NCBI GenBank assembly: GCA_902591925.1
Contig: CACJCN010000005.1
Coordinates: 19,212 to 83,211, forward strand
Source: an uncultured SAR86 cluster bacterium
GTDB taxonomy: Bacteria; Pseudomonadota; Gammaproteobacteria; Magnimaribacterales; D2472
Direction of reading: 5' to 3'
DNA: 64,000 nt
The notes below the pieces were generated by a model that was not told the DNA's origin, did no database searches, and saw only the letters and a list, made by a program, of their open reading frames with translations. Below are positions 9,018 through 18,541 of this stretch, one piece after another. Numbering within the stretch: position 1 is the stretch's first letter; each line of letters starts with the position of its first letter. The translations under genes and the position numbers were made by a program.

Positions 9018-9992
9018 GTGGGGATACCAACTCAGTTAAAAGATAAACTCTGTATGCCAGTTATTGGAGCACCTTTATTTTTAGTATCTGGTCCAGATCT
9101 TGTAATTGCTCAATGTAAAGCTGGAATAGTAGGTTCTTTTCCTGCGCTAAATGCCAGACCCCAACATGTGCTTGATGAATGGATCACAAGAATTAAAAGT
9201 GAATTAAAGGAATATCAAGACCAAAATCCTGATGCAAAAGTTGCACCATTTGCAGTGAATCAAATATGTCATGCCTCAAATGACAGACTAATGCAGGATA
9301 TGGAAACATGTGTAAAGCATGAAGTACCAATAATAATAACTTCATTGAGACCACCAGCTGAAATCGTTGAAGCAGCTCATAGTTATGGTGGACTTGTCTT
9401 CCATGATGTAATTAATGTTAGACACGCTCAAAAAGCAGCAGAACAAGGTGTTGATGGATTAATTCTGGTATGTGCAGGAGCAGGCGGTCATGCTGGAGCA
9501 TTATCTCCATTTGCTTTGGTACGTGAGGTAAAAGAATGGTTTGACGGAACAGTAATCTTATCTGGATCAATAGGTGATGGTCATTCAGTTGCATCTGCGA
9601 TTGCTTTGGGAGCTGATTATGCATATTTAGGAACAAGATTTATTGCTACTGAAGAAGCAAATGCTGATCCTGGATATAAAAAGATGCTTGAAGAAAGTGC
9701 AGCAAGCGATATAGTTTATTCTTCTTTATTCACAGGCGTGTTAGGTAACTATTTAAAGCCCTCAATTAAAAATGCTGGACTTGATCCAGACAATCTTCCT
9801 GATGCAGATAAATCTGCAATGAATTTTGGTTCTGGAGGAAATACTGATTCAAAAGCCTGGAAAGATATATGGGGTTCTGGTCAAGGAATTGGAGGAATTA
9901 AGGATTCACCATCAGTTGCAGAACTTGTTGGAAGAATTAAGTCAGAATATGAAGAGGCTTTTAAAAAATTTAAGGTAAGAATTGAAAGCTAA
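9018..9992 (+). CDS. Nitronate monooxygenase / NAD(P)H-dependent flavin oxidoreductase (NMO family)
   Basis: PVIGAPLF.VSGPDLV.AQCKAGIVGSFP...GLILVCAGAGGHAG...YLGTRF are typical 2-nitropropane dioxygenase family blocks. GTG start. Confidence 0.85.
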   Translation: MGIPTQLKDKLCMPVIGAPLFLVSGPDLVIAQCKAGIVGSFPALNARPQHVLDEWITRIKSELKEYQDQNPDAKVAPFAVNQICHASNDRLMQDMETCVKHEVPIIITSLRPPAEIVEAAHSYGGLVFHDVINVRHAQKAAEQGVDGLILVCAGAGGHAGALSPFALVREVKEWFDGTVILSGSIGDGHSVASAIALGADYAYLGTRFIATEEANADPGYKKMLEESAASDIVYSSLFTGVLGNYLKPSIKNAGLDPDNLPDADKSAMNFGSGGNTDSKAWKDIWGSGQGIGGIKDSPSVAELVGRIKSEYEEAFKKFKVRIES

Positions 9993-9999
9993 TTAATTT

Positions 10000-10167
10000 A
10001 TGATTGAGACAATAATATTAGTTCCCATTTTATGGATTGTGATGTCAGCAATTTATATGCTTTTGTTGAAAAACTTTGAAGGAACTAAAGGAATAACTCA
10101 AGAGTATAAGTCAAAAGACGGTACAAGAAGAACTGCCAAAAAAAATAGAGAAGACTTTATTGTATGA
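10000..10167 (+). CDS. Small (55 aa) single-TM protein, below the ORF-track cutoff
   Basis: ATG 10000 to TGA 10165-10167: MIETIILVPILWIVMSAIYMLLLKNFEGTKGITQEYKSKDGTRRTAKKNREDFIV. The stop overlaps the next gene's ATG (ATGA). One hydrophobic helix plus a basic tail. Confidence 0.4.
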   Translation: MIETIILVPILWIVMSAIYMLLLKNFEGTKGITQEYKSKDGTRRTAKKNREDFIV

Positions 10168-11036
10168 ATAAGACCATAGGCTTTATAGGCCTAGGTGTCA
10201 TGGGCTTCCCAATGGCAGGACACTTATCAAAAATCTTTGAAGTTTCAGTATTTAATAGATCACATTCAAAAAGTGAAAAATGGAAAAAGAACTTTTCTGG
10301 AACCTCATATAATTCGATTAAAGAAATATCTAGTAATTCTGAAATACTTATTTTATGTGTTGGTAATGACAAGGACGTTAAAGAAATAATTTGTGGACAA
10401 GATGGGGCAATTGATTTCTTGAAACCAGGATCAATTATAATTGACCATACAACAACATCCTCTGACTTAGCCATTGAGCTGAGCTCATTACTTAAACCAA
10501 AAAAAATTAGTTTTATAGATGCTCCAATATCTGGAGGTCAATCAGGCGCCGAGTCAGGAAAATTATCAATAATGATTGGTGGAGAAAGGCAATCCTATGA
10601 AAAGGTAAAAAATGTATTAAATACCTACTCTAAATTTTATAAATATATGGGTCCTAGTGGGTCTGGTCAATTAACAAAAATGGTTAACCAAATATGTATA
10701 GCTGGACTGATTCAGGCCTTATCAGAAGGAATGAATTTTGCAGATAAAGTTGGACTTAATATAAGGAGTGTTATTGAGGTAATTTCAAAGGGAGCTGCTC
10801 AATCTTGGCAGATGGAAAATAGATGGGAGACTATGCTTAAAGATAATTATGATCATGGATTTGCTGTCGATTTAATGAAAAAGGATCTCGATATAGTTAT
10901 AAAAAAAGCATCCAAAGAAAATATTAATATAGAAGTTACCAAGATAATTGATAATTATTATAAAGAAATACAAGGAGCAGGGGGTGGAAAATGGGATACC
11001 TCTAGCCTTTATAAAAGATTAAAGGATATTGTTTAG
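10164..11036 (+). CDS. NAD(P)-dependent beta-hydroxyacid dehydrogenase (3-hydroxyisobutyrate dehydrogenase family)
   Basis: IGFIGLGVMGFPMAGHL Rossmann motif, DAPISGG, and GSGQ..KM.NQ blocks. Confidence 0.85.
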   Translation: MNKTIGFIGLGVMGFPMAGHLSKIFEVSVFNRSHSKSEKWKKNFSGTSYNSIKEISSNSEILILCVGNDKDVKEIICGQDGAIDFLKPGSIIIDHTTTSSDLAIELSSLLKPKKISFIDAPISGGQSGAESGKLSIMIGGERQSYEKVKNVLNTYSKFYKYMGPSGSGQLTKMVNQICIAGLIQALSEGMNFADKVGLNIRSVIEVISKGAAQSWQMENRWETMLKDNYDHGFAVDLMKKDLDIVIKKASKENINIEVTKIIDNYYKEIQGAGGGKWDTSSLYKRLKDIV

Positions 11037-11395
11037 ATAATTCTTGAAAAATATACAAACACACCCATCCCAATTACGATCATCGCAGTAGCTACCTCCA
11101 ATGAGTCCATATCAATGGAGGGATCTTTAGCCATCGAGTAGTAGCTGTCAGGATTAGAAATTATCCAAATCACTCCAAAAACATGAAATAACATAATTAT
11201 GCCGACAATCCAATTAGTAGGCTGTGATGTAAAAACAATTAATGAAGATATGACTATAAAAATAATTTCAATTGAGAGCTGAACATTTATATTCTTTCTT
11301 TTTAACAAATACCTAAGGAGGCTAAAGCCTTTTGAATATGTGTAAAAAAGAATAAAACCATAAAAAAAATATAATGAAGATAATAGAATCAACAT
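11033..11395 (-). CDS. Hypothetical membrane protein (about 4 TM)
   Basis: 120 aa hydrophobic ORF with no recognised family. Fits tightly between neighbours. Confidence 0.5.
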   Translation of the reverse strand: MLILLSSLYFFYGFILFYTYSKGFSLLRYLLKRKNINVQLSIEIIFIVISSLIVFTSQPTNWIVGIIMLFHVFGVIWIISNPDSYYSMAKDPSIDMDSLEVATAMIVIGMGVFVYFSRII

Positions 11396-11400
11396 ATTAT

Positions 11401-11817
11401 CTACAAATCTCCATCTTTTCTGACTTCACTTCTTTCTATTTCAAATTTTTCACCATATCTTGCTGCAAGTTTTTCTTGATTTTCACTTATGACTTCATAT
11501 GGATCTAAGCCTAGTGAAGCACAAGCAGTTACCCAATACCACATAATATCTCCAAGCTCTCTTTTCATGTGGAAAATATTATCATCGGAGGGCGGCTTTC
11601 CTTGAAGAAACATCTTTTTAACTATTTCAACAAATTCACCAGTTTCACTTCCTAATCCGAGAGCAGCTGTGAGAAGACGAGGTGTTTTAATGTCTGACTT
11701 TTCTTCAATTTCAATAAAGCTTTTTTTTAATGCTTCTAAATCCAAGCTTGGATCACTCGTTACTTTGGTAACAAAATCAGTATATGTTCTAAAAAATTTT
11801 TTAATTTCTTCACTCAT
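11401..11817 (-). CDS. MazG-like nucleoside triphosphate pyrophosphohydrolase
   Basis: 138 aa. GLGSETGEF.E..KK and ELGDIMWYW MazG-domain motifs. Confidence 0.8.
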   Translation of the reverse strand: MSEEIKKFFRTYTDFVTKVTSDPSLDLEALKKSFIEIEEKSDIKTPRLLTAALGLGSETGEFVEIVKKMFLQGKPPSDDNIFHMKRELGDIMWYWVTACASLGLDPYEVISENQEKLAARYGEKFEIERSEVRKDGDL

Positions 11818-11835
11818 TTATTTTTTACTCCAGGT

Positions 11836-12681
11836 TTAATTATCAACTTTCAAAGATCTTTGACTATCAGCAATATTATAGAGGTGATCTTGTGCTTCTG
11901 GCTTAAGCTGAGCGACACCCATTGTTAAAACATCTATTACTGCTGTGTAGGCGATTCTTGAAGTAAGAGGTTTTGAAATTCTATTATTTATTCCAACATT
12001 AATTGTTAAGGGATAGTCACATATATTTGCTAAAGGTGTATCACCAGGCATTATTCCAATAACTTTAACACCATTTTTTTTAACAATTTTTACACTATCA
12101 ATTAATGCTGCTGTTGTTCCAGATTGAGAAATTACTACAACTACGTCATTTTTTTCGAGCGAGTTAGCAGACATAAACTGAAGATGGGGATCTGATATAT
12201 AAGATGATGGAATTTTGAGTCTAAAAAATTTATGTTGCCCATCCATTGCAACAGGGGCAGAACCACCAAAAGCATAAAATTCAACTCTGTCGGCATTGAC
12301 TAAAGTTTCAATAGCATTTTCCAAAATATTTTGATCTATTTGAGATCTTACATTTAGAATTTCACTAATAGTGGTATCAAATACCTTTTCACATAATTCA
12401 TGTATAGAATCATTTTCATTAATTTCATACATTACAAAATAATCATCAGCAGCAAGTTGTTGTGAGAGATTTATTTTTAACTCTTGAAAGCCTGAAAAAC
12501 CAATTGCTTTACAAAATCTTATAAGCGTTGGTTCGCTAATACCCATTGCATTTGATGCTTCAGCTGTTTTCATCATTATTATTGATTTAGGATCATTGAG
12601 GATATATTCACCGACAATTTTTTCAGATTTTCGTAAATCTGGAAGCGAATTTTTAATTTGTCTCAATAATTTTGTTGACAT
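11836..12681 (-). CDS. MurR/RpiR family transcriptional regulator (HTH + SIS domain)
   Basis: 281 aa. N-terminal HTH (SEPTLIRFCKAIGFSGFQELK) and SIS domain (VVISQSGTT). Confidence 0.85.
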   Translation of the reverse strand: MSTKLLRQIKNSLPDLRKSEKIVGEYILNDPKSIIMMKTAEASNAMGISEPTLIRFCKAIGFSGFQELKINLSQQLAADDYFVMYEINENDSIHELCEKVFDTTISEILNVRSQIDQNILENAIETLVNADRVEFYAFGGSAPVAMDGQHKFFRLKIPSSYISDPHLQFMSANSLEKNDVVVVISQSGTTAALIDSVKIVKKNGVKVIGIMPGDTPLANICDYPLTINVGINNRISKPLTSRIAYTAVIDVLTMGVAQLKPEAQDHLYNIADSQRSLKVDN

Positions 12682-12723
12682 AAGGTTAGAATATCTAACT
12701 TAAAGAAAAAAATGAATCCCTAA

Positions 12724-14898
12724 ATGGATGTATCTCATATTTTAGATAATTTAAATGATGATCAGAGGAATGCTGTTACCTCTGAAAAGCAACATCTACT
12801 TGTTTTAGCTGGAGCCGGTTCAGGTAAGACACGAGTTCTTGTTCATAAAATTGCATGGGAGGTCGATGCACTAGGTAGAAATCCATCAGCAATAATGGCA
12901 GTTACTTTTACTAACAAAGCAGCAAATGAAATGAGATCTAGAATTGAAGAACTTCTTCAATCACCAATATTGGATTCCTGGGTTGGTACATTTCATGGAC
13001 TGTCTCATAAATTACTTAAGAGATTTCATAAAGAGGCTGAACTCTCGAGTGGATTTACTATTCTTGATTCAGATGATCAATTAAGAATAGTAAAAAGAAT
13101 ATCAAAAGAACTCAGCCTGGATGAAGCTACATGGCCGGCAAGACAGAGTCAGTGGCAAATCAATTCATGGAAAGATGATGGGCTAAGGAGCAAAGATGTT
13201 CATGAAAAAGGAGATTTTTATACTGAAACTGTTAATAAGATATATAAAGAATATGAAAAAGTTTGTAAAAATGACGATCTAGTTGATTTTGGTGAACTTC
13301 TTTTAAAGTCATATGAAATACTAGTTGCCTCGCCTTCAGTTAAGACTTTTTTTCAATCAAGATTCCAATCAATTCTTATTGATGAGTTTCAGGACACTAA
13401 TACTATTCAATATAAATGGCTTCGTGAAATAGCATCAGAAGATGCAAATGTAACAGCAGTTGGTGATGATGATCAGTCCATATATGGTTGGCGAGGAGCT
13501 AAAGTTGAGCATGTAAATTCTTTTACAGAAGATTATAAAAATACAGAGATAATTAGACTTGAACAAAATTATAGATCTACTAACGTCATTCTAAATGCCG
13601 CAAATGCATTGATTGATAATAACAAAGATAGACTTGGTAAAAATTTATGGACAGAAAAACTTGAAGGCGAACAAATAGTTCTTTATCAGGCTTACAATGA
13701 ACAAGACGAGGCGAGATTTATTGCAGATGTTCTTAAAGACTGGATGAATAAAGGTGGGACATATGAAGAAACAGCGGTTCTGTATAGATCTAACGCACAA
13801 TCAAGAGCTATAGAGGAAGCTCTATTAAGAATAAGTATTCCCTATAGGATTTACGGAGGTTTGCGCTTCTATGAGAGGCTTGAAATAAAAAATGCAATCG
13901 CATATTTAAAGATAATATTTAACAATAACGATAATCCGTCCTTTGAAAGATCAATATCAAATCCAACTAGAGGAGTTGGAGAGAAAACTTTGGGTAAAAT
14001 TCGACAAACGGCTCAAAAATATAATATTTCTTACATTAAAGCATCAGCCAAATTAATTGATGAGGGATCAATTTCTGGAAGAGGCGGATCTGGATTAAGA
14101 GATTATCTCGAGTTTGTTGCGGGTTGTAAGTCTTTCATCGAAGAAAATAGCTTATCAGACTTAATGGAACTTATTATCAAAGAATCCGGCCTTTATTCAT
14201 ACCATGCCAAAGAGGCAGGTGAGAAAGGTAAAACTAGAACAGAGAACCTTGAAGAATTAATAACGGCTACTAAAAATTTTGAACAAAGTATTAAAGAAGA
14301 AAAAACAAATACTGAAATTGCAGAAAACTATCTTGATGTTATCTCTCTTGATGCCGGCGATAGACAAGCTGCTGAGCATGATGATGCTGTACAACTTATG
14401 ACAATGCATTCTGCAAAAGGTCTAGAATTTAAATTAGTCCTTCTAACCGGCTTAGAAGAAAGTTTGTTTCCGCATGGTAGATCAATGGAAAGTGCATCTC
14501 AATTAGAAGAAGAAAGAAGACTTTGTTATGTTGCCATTACAAGAGCAATGGAAAAGCTATATATAACGCATGCTGAGTCCAGGAGGCTTCATGGGAACGA
14601 TACTTTTAATCCTCCCTCAAGATTTTTAAGAGAAATACCCAAAGATTTAATTGATGAAATAAGACCTAGAGCACAAACTAATATTCCTTATAATAGAAGA
14701 GACTTCAATGAAACTAAAGTGGAGTTTGAGGAGGAAATCGGAATTGCGCTTGGCCAGAAAGTAAAACACAAGAAATTTGGAGAAGGAATAGTATTAAATT
14801 ATGAAGGTTCAGGAGACTCAGCAAGAGTTCAAGTAAATTTTGATGCTTCTGGAACAAAATGGTTGGTAATGGCTTACGCAAATCTTGAAAAACTATAA
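12724..14898 (+). CDS. uvrD: DNA helicase II (UvrD)
   Basis: 724 aa. Walker A AGAGSGKT, DEFQDTN, YGWRGA, QNYRST and TMHSAKGLEF helicase motifs. C-terminal KFGEG...V.F Tudor-like tail. Confidence 0.9.
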   Translation: MDVSHILDNLNDDQRNAVTSEKQHLLVLAGAGSGKTRVLVHKIAWEVDALGRNPSAIMAVTFTNKAANEMRSRIEELLQSPILDSWVGTFHGLSHKLLKRFHKEAELSSGFTILDSDDQLRIVKRISKELSLDEATWPARQSQWQINSWKDDGLRSKDVHEKGDFYTETVNKIYKEYEKVCKNDDLVDFGELLLKSYEILVASPSVKTFFQSRFQSILIDEFQDTNTIQYKWLREIASEDANVTAVGDDDQSIYGWRGAKVEHVNSFTEDYKNTEIIRLEQNYRSTNVILNAANALIDNNKDRLGKNLWTEKLEGEQIVLYQAYNEQDEARFIADVLKDWMNKGGTYEETAVLYRSNAQSRAIEEALLRISIPYRIYGGLRFYERLEIKNAIAYLKIIFNNNDNPSFERSISNPTRGVGEKTLGKIRQTAQKYNISYIKASAKLIDEGSISGRGGSGLRDYLEFVAGCKSFIEENSLSDLMELIIKESGLYSYHAKEAGEKGKTRTENLEELITATKNFEQSIKEEKTNTEIAENYLDVISLDAGDRQAAEHDDAVQLMTMHSAKGLEFKLVLLTGLEESLFPHGRSMESASQLEEERRLCYVAITRAMEKLYITHAESRRLHGNDTFNPPSRFLREIPKDLIDEIRPRAQTNIPYNRRDFNETKVEFEEEIGIALGQKVKHKKFGEGIVLNYEGSGDSARVQVNFDASGTKWLVMAYANLEKL

Positions 14899-15983
14899 TG
14901 AAAAAAATAATTCTTATATTTTCTGTAATTTTTTTAGTTGGTTGCTCTGATGAATCTAAAAATATTGATTCGCAATCAATTGATAAAAATGAAACCTTTA
15001 ATTGGCGCCTTGTAACCTCATGGCCTAAAAATTACCCAGGACTTGGAATGGCTCCAGAAAGAATTGCAGACCTTGTCGAGGAAATGAGTGATGGCCAAAT
15101 GAAAATTACAGTTTATGGTGCAGAAGAACAAGTTCCTGCATTTGGCGTATTTGATGCTGTATCAAGTGGATCTCATCAGATGGGACATAGTGGAGGTTAT
15201 TTCTGGAAAGGTAAAGTTCCAGCCGCACAATTTTTTACCAGTGTTCCGTTTGGATTAACCGCAGATGAGATTAATGCATGGGTAAATAGAGGCGGAGGCT
15301 TAGAATTATGGAGAGAAATTTATGCTCCATTTAATATTTATCCTATTCCAGCAGGAAATACAGGTACACAAATGTTTGGCTGGTTTAATAAAGAAATTAA
15401 TTCTTTAGAGGATGTAAAAGGACTAAAAATGAGAATTCCTGGAATTGGCGGTGAAGTATTAAAGGAGGCTGGTGGAATCCCAGTAACACTTCCAGGAGGA
15501 GAGCTTTTTACTGCACTTCAAACAGGAGTAATTGATGCTACTGAATGGGTAGGTCCATACAATGATTTAACCTTTGGTTTCCATCAGGCAGCAAAATATT
15601 ATTATTATCCAGGATGGCATGAGCCAGGACCTATGTTAGAACTGTTAATTAATATTGATGCATGGAATTCTCTACCAAATCACCTTCAAGTTATTATCGA
15701 AACTGCAACAAAAGCTGTGAATCAGGATATGCTTGACGAATATTTAGCAAAAAATAATCAGGCACTTACTGAGCTTGTTGAGGTTCACGGTGTCGAGTTA
15801 AGAAGATTGCCTGATGATGTAATTGAAGAATTTAGAGAGATTTCCAACAAAATTCTTCATGATCTGGCTAAGGAAGATGAAACAATAGCTAAAGTTTATA
15901 AATCTTATTTAAACTTTAAGAATAATGTATCCGCATATCATGAGATATCTGAAGATGCCTTTGTTGAATCAAGAAATAAATAG
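14898..15983 (+). CDS. TRAP transporter substrate-binding protein (DctP superfamily, COG4663-like)
   Basis: Lipoprotein-like signal (LVGCS). W.LVTSWPK, QMFGWFNKEI, LKMRIPG, IDATEWVGPYND and YYYPGWHEPG blocks. 1-nt overlap with the uvrD stop. Confidence 0.85.
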   Translation: MKKIILIFSVIFLVGCSDESKNIDSQSIDKNETFNWRLVTSWPKNYPGLGMAPERIADLVEEMSDGQMKITVYGAEEQVPAFGVFDAVSSGSHQMGHSGGYFWKGKVPAAQFFTSVPFGLTADEINAWVNRGGGLELWREIYAPFNIYPIPAGNTGTQMFGWFNKEINSLEDVKGLKMRIPGIGGEVLKEAGGIPVTLPGGELFTALQTGVIDATEWVGPYNDLTFGFHQAAKYYYYPGWHEPGPMLELLINIDAWNSLPNHLQVIIETATKAVNQDMLDEYLAKNNQALTELVEVHGVELRRLPDDVIEEFREISNKILHDLAKEDETIAKVYKSYLNFKNNVSAYHEISEDAFVESRNK

Positions 15984-16585
15984 TGCTTGAAGACTTATCT
16001 TTTAAATCTCTTGGTATTGTTAATTATTATGAGACTCTTGAGCAGATGAGATCTCATATCAATGAAGATGAGTTTAAAAATGAAATATGGATACTTGAAC
16101 ATCCCCCTGTTTTCACTTTAGGAACTGCCGCGAATAAAAAGCATATATTAGACCCAAAGGAAATTCCCATTATTCAATCTGATAGGGGAGGAGAAGTAAC
16201 TTATCACGGACCGGGTCAAATAGTTATTTATTTTTTGCTAGATATTAGGAGGTTAAATTGTGGTCCTAATAAATTAGTTGCAACAATTCAAGACTTTGTA
16301 AAAGAGTTGCTATTAAAATTAGAAATCGAATGTAATTTTAAAGATGGTGCTCCTGGTGTTTATGTCAATAAAAGGAAAATTGCTTCAATCGGATTGAGAA
16401 TTTCAAAAGGTAAATCTTATCATGGAATAAGCCTTAATTTTGATATGGACTTGTCACCATTTAAACAAATTAATCCTTGTGGATATAAAGGTTTAGAAGT
16501 TACTCAGATAAAGGATCTAAATAAAGATATTTCTAAATTAGAACTGCATAAAATGATTATTGATACATTAAGAAAAGTATTTTAA
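15983..16585 (+). CDS. lipB: Lipoyl(octanoyl) transferase
   Basis: EHPPVFTLG...RGGEVTYHGPGQ.V.Y and C-terminal PCG motifs. GTG start overlaps the preceding TAG by 1 nt. Confidence 0.9.
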   Translation: MLEDLSFKSLGIVNYYETLEQMRSHINEDEFKNEIWILEHPPVFTLGTAANKKHILDPKEIPIIQSDRGGEVTYHGPGQIVIYFLLDIRRLNCGPNKLVATIQDFVKELLLKLEIECNFKDGAPGVYVNKRKIASIGLRISKGKSYHGISLNFDMDLSPFKQINPCGYKGLEVTQIKDLNKDISKLELHKMIIDTLRKVF

Positions 16586-16638
16586 ATTCTTACATCTAGG
16601 ATATTGTTTTATCGATATAGTGAACATATATTAATACT

Positions 16639-17091
16639 ATGAATAAATTATTTATTATTTTTTTTATTTTGCTTATGCCTTTTTCCTTTGAGCTAAGTGG
16701 CTCAAAATATGATAAAGAAAATCCATCTGAGTTATATGAAAAGGCTACAAAACAGCTTAAAAATGAAAAATATAAAGCGGCTTTAAGTACGTTAAAAAAA
16801 TATACAAAGGCTGAGAAAGATGATGCAGATGGTTGGACCCTATTAGCATTTACAAACAGAAAACTACAAAATTTTTCAAAAGCAGAAGAGCTCTATGAAA
16901 AAGCTTTGATGTTAGAGCCAAACAATAAAATTGCTCTTGAATATCAGGGCGAACTTTATGTTGAAATCAATAAGATGGATAAAGCAATGATAAATCTATT
17001 AAAGCTTGAAGACTTATGTCCCAACTCATGTGAAGAATTAGAAATGTTAAAAAATTATATTGATGGAATGAGTTCAAAAACTTGGCAATAG
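16639..17091 (+). CDS. Secreted TPR-repeat protein
   Basis: 150 aa. N-terminal signal peptide and TPR-like A..Y.KAL.L.P.N repeats. Confidence 0.6.
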   Translation: MNKLFIIFFILLMPFSFELSGSKYDKENPSELYEKATKQLKNEKYKAALSTLKKYTKAEKDDADGWTLLAFTNRKLQNFSKAEELYEKALMLEPNNKIALEYQGELYVEINKMDKAMINLLKLEDLCPNSCEELEMLKNYIDGMSSKTWQ

Positions 17092-17119
17092 TATACAAAA
17101 ATTAAAATAACCAAAGCTT

Positions 17120-18085
17120 ATGGAAATTATAACAACTACAAAAATTACTAATAGAGATGGTATTAAAGCTATAAGAAATGGCCAAAAGCATAACAACTAC
17201 GCCAATATACCTTCACTAAAGAAACCAAGTTGGTTAAAAGTTAAGGCAGAGTTTAATCCCAATTTCCACAAGGTAAAAGAACAAGTTCAAAGCAAGCAAC
17301 TTTATACAGTTTGTGAAGAAGCTCATTGTCCAAATATTAGCGAGTGTTGGTCAGCTGGAACAGCAACATTTATGCTTATGGGTTCTGTATGCACAAGAGC
17401 ATGCAAGTTTTGCTCAGTTGATACAGGCAATCCAAATGGATGGCTTGATAAAAACGAGCCTATGAATACAGCTAAGGCAGTTTCAATAATGCAGCTTAAG
17501 TATGTAGTGTTAACTTCAGTAAATAGAGATGATCTTCCTGATGGTGGTGCACAGCATTTTGCAAATACTGTAAAGCTTATTAAAAAATTAAATCCTCATA
17601 CAGCTGTTGAGGCTTTAACTCCTGATTTCAAAGGACTGTTATCCTCAATTAAAACTCTAGTTAATTGTGGACTGGAAGTTTTTGCTCAAAACATTGAAAC
17701 AGTTGAAAGACTAACACATCAAGTAAGAGATATCAGAGCGGGGTATCAACAAACATTAGACGTCCTTGCTGAATCAAAACGCATTAATCCAGGGGTCTTG
17801 ACTAAAACTAGTATTATTCTTGGTCTAGGAGAAACGGATGAAGAAATAAAAAAGACTATGGATAATCTTATTGAAAATAAAGTCGATATTCTTACTATTG
17901 GACAGTATCTAAGACCAACTAGAAATCATCACCCTATTGAGAGATGGGTTACTCCAGAAGAATTTGAGAAATATAGACAAATAGGTCTTAAAAAAGGATT
18001 TTTAGAGGTTGTTTCAGGTCCTATGGTTCGATCAAGTTATAGAGCGGAGAGAGTGTTAGAAAAAAATAATGCAGGCATAGCGTAG
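17120..18085 (+). CDS. lipA: Lipoyl synthase
   Basis: [13 protein letters not shown] auxiliary cluster and radical-SAM [22 protein letters not shown]-terminus. Confidence 0.95.
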   Translation: MEIITTTKITNRDGIKAIRNGQKHNNYANIPSLKKPSWLKVKAEFNPNFHKVKEQVQSKQLYTVCEEAHCPNISECWSAGTATFMLMGSVCTRACKFCSVDTGNPNGWLDKNEPMNTAKAVSIMQLKYVVLTSVNRDDLPDGGAQHFANTVKLIKKLNPHTAVEALTPDFKGLLSSIKTLVNCGLEVFAQNIETVERLTHQVRDIRAGYQQTLDVLAESKRINPGVLTKTSIILGLGETDEEIKKTMDNLIENKVDILTIGQYLRPTRNHHPIERWVTPEEFEKYRQIGLKKGFLEVVSGPMVRSSYRAERVLEKNNAGIA

Positions 18086-18145
18086 ATTATTTATAAAATC
18101 TAATTATATTATTTTTATATTATTAAAACTGACTTAATTTTTTAT

Positions 18146-18165
18146 ATAAGTTAAATTTAACTTAT
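18146..18165. repeat. 20-bp perfect palindrome ATAAGTTAAATTTAACTTAT overlapping the DUF805 start codon
   Basis: Verified base by base. The right arm ends in the AT of ATG 18164. Confidence 0.6.
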
Positions 18166-18541
18166 GACACTAGTACAGGCTACAAAAAGTTATTTTTTAA
18201 GATGGAGAGATTTTCAGGGTAGAAGTTCTCGCTCAGAATATTGGTGGGCTGTACTTTCAGTCTTTGTAATTTCATCTCTTCTTGGTTTTGTTGTCGGATT
18301 TTTTGGAGCTTTGGCTGGTTTGTCTATGACAACAATCCAGCTTCTCATAGTGCCTATACAAATCTTCCTTACAATAGCATCTGTTGCGCTAGTAATACGA
18401 AGACTTCATGATACAGATAGAAGTGGTTGGTGGTATCTCATATTTCTAACAATTATAGGAATTTTTGTATTGGTTATTTGGTATTGTCAAAAAGGAACCG
18501 AGGGTGAAAACAGATTTGGAAAAGATCCTTTACTTGATTAA
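18164..18541 (+). CDS. DUF805 domain inner-membrane protein (YhaH/YhaI-like)
   Basis: GRSSRSEYWW, RRLHDTDRSGWW and G..G.NRFG motifs. Confidence 0.85.
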   Translation: MTLVQATKSYFLRWRDFQGRSSRSEYWWAVLSVFVISSLLGFVVGFFGALAGLSMTTIQLLIVPIQIFLTIASVALVIRRLHDTDRSGWWYLIFLTIIGIFVLVIWYCQKGTEGENRFGKDPLLD

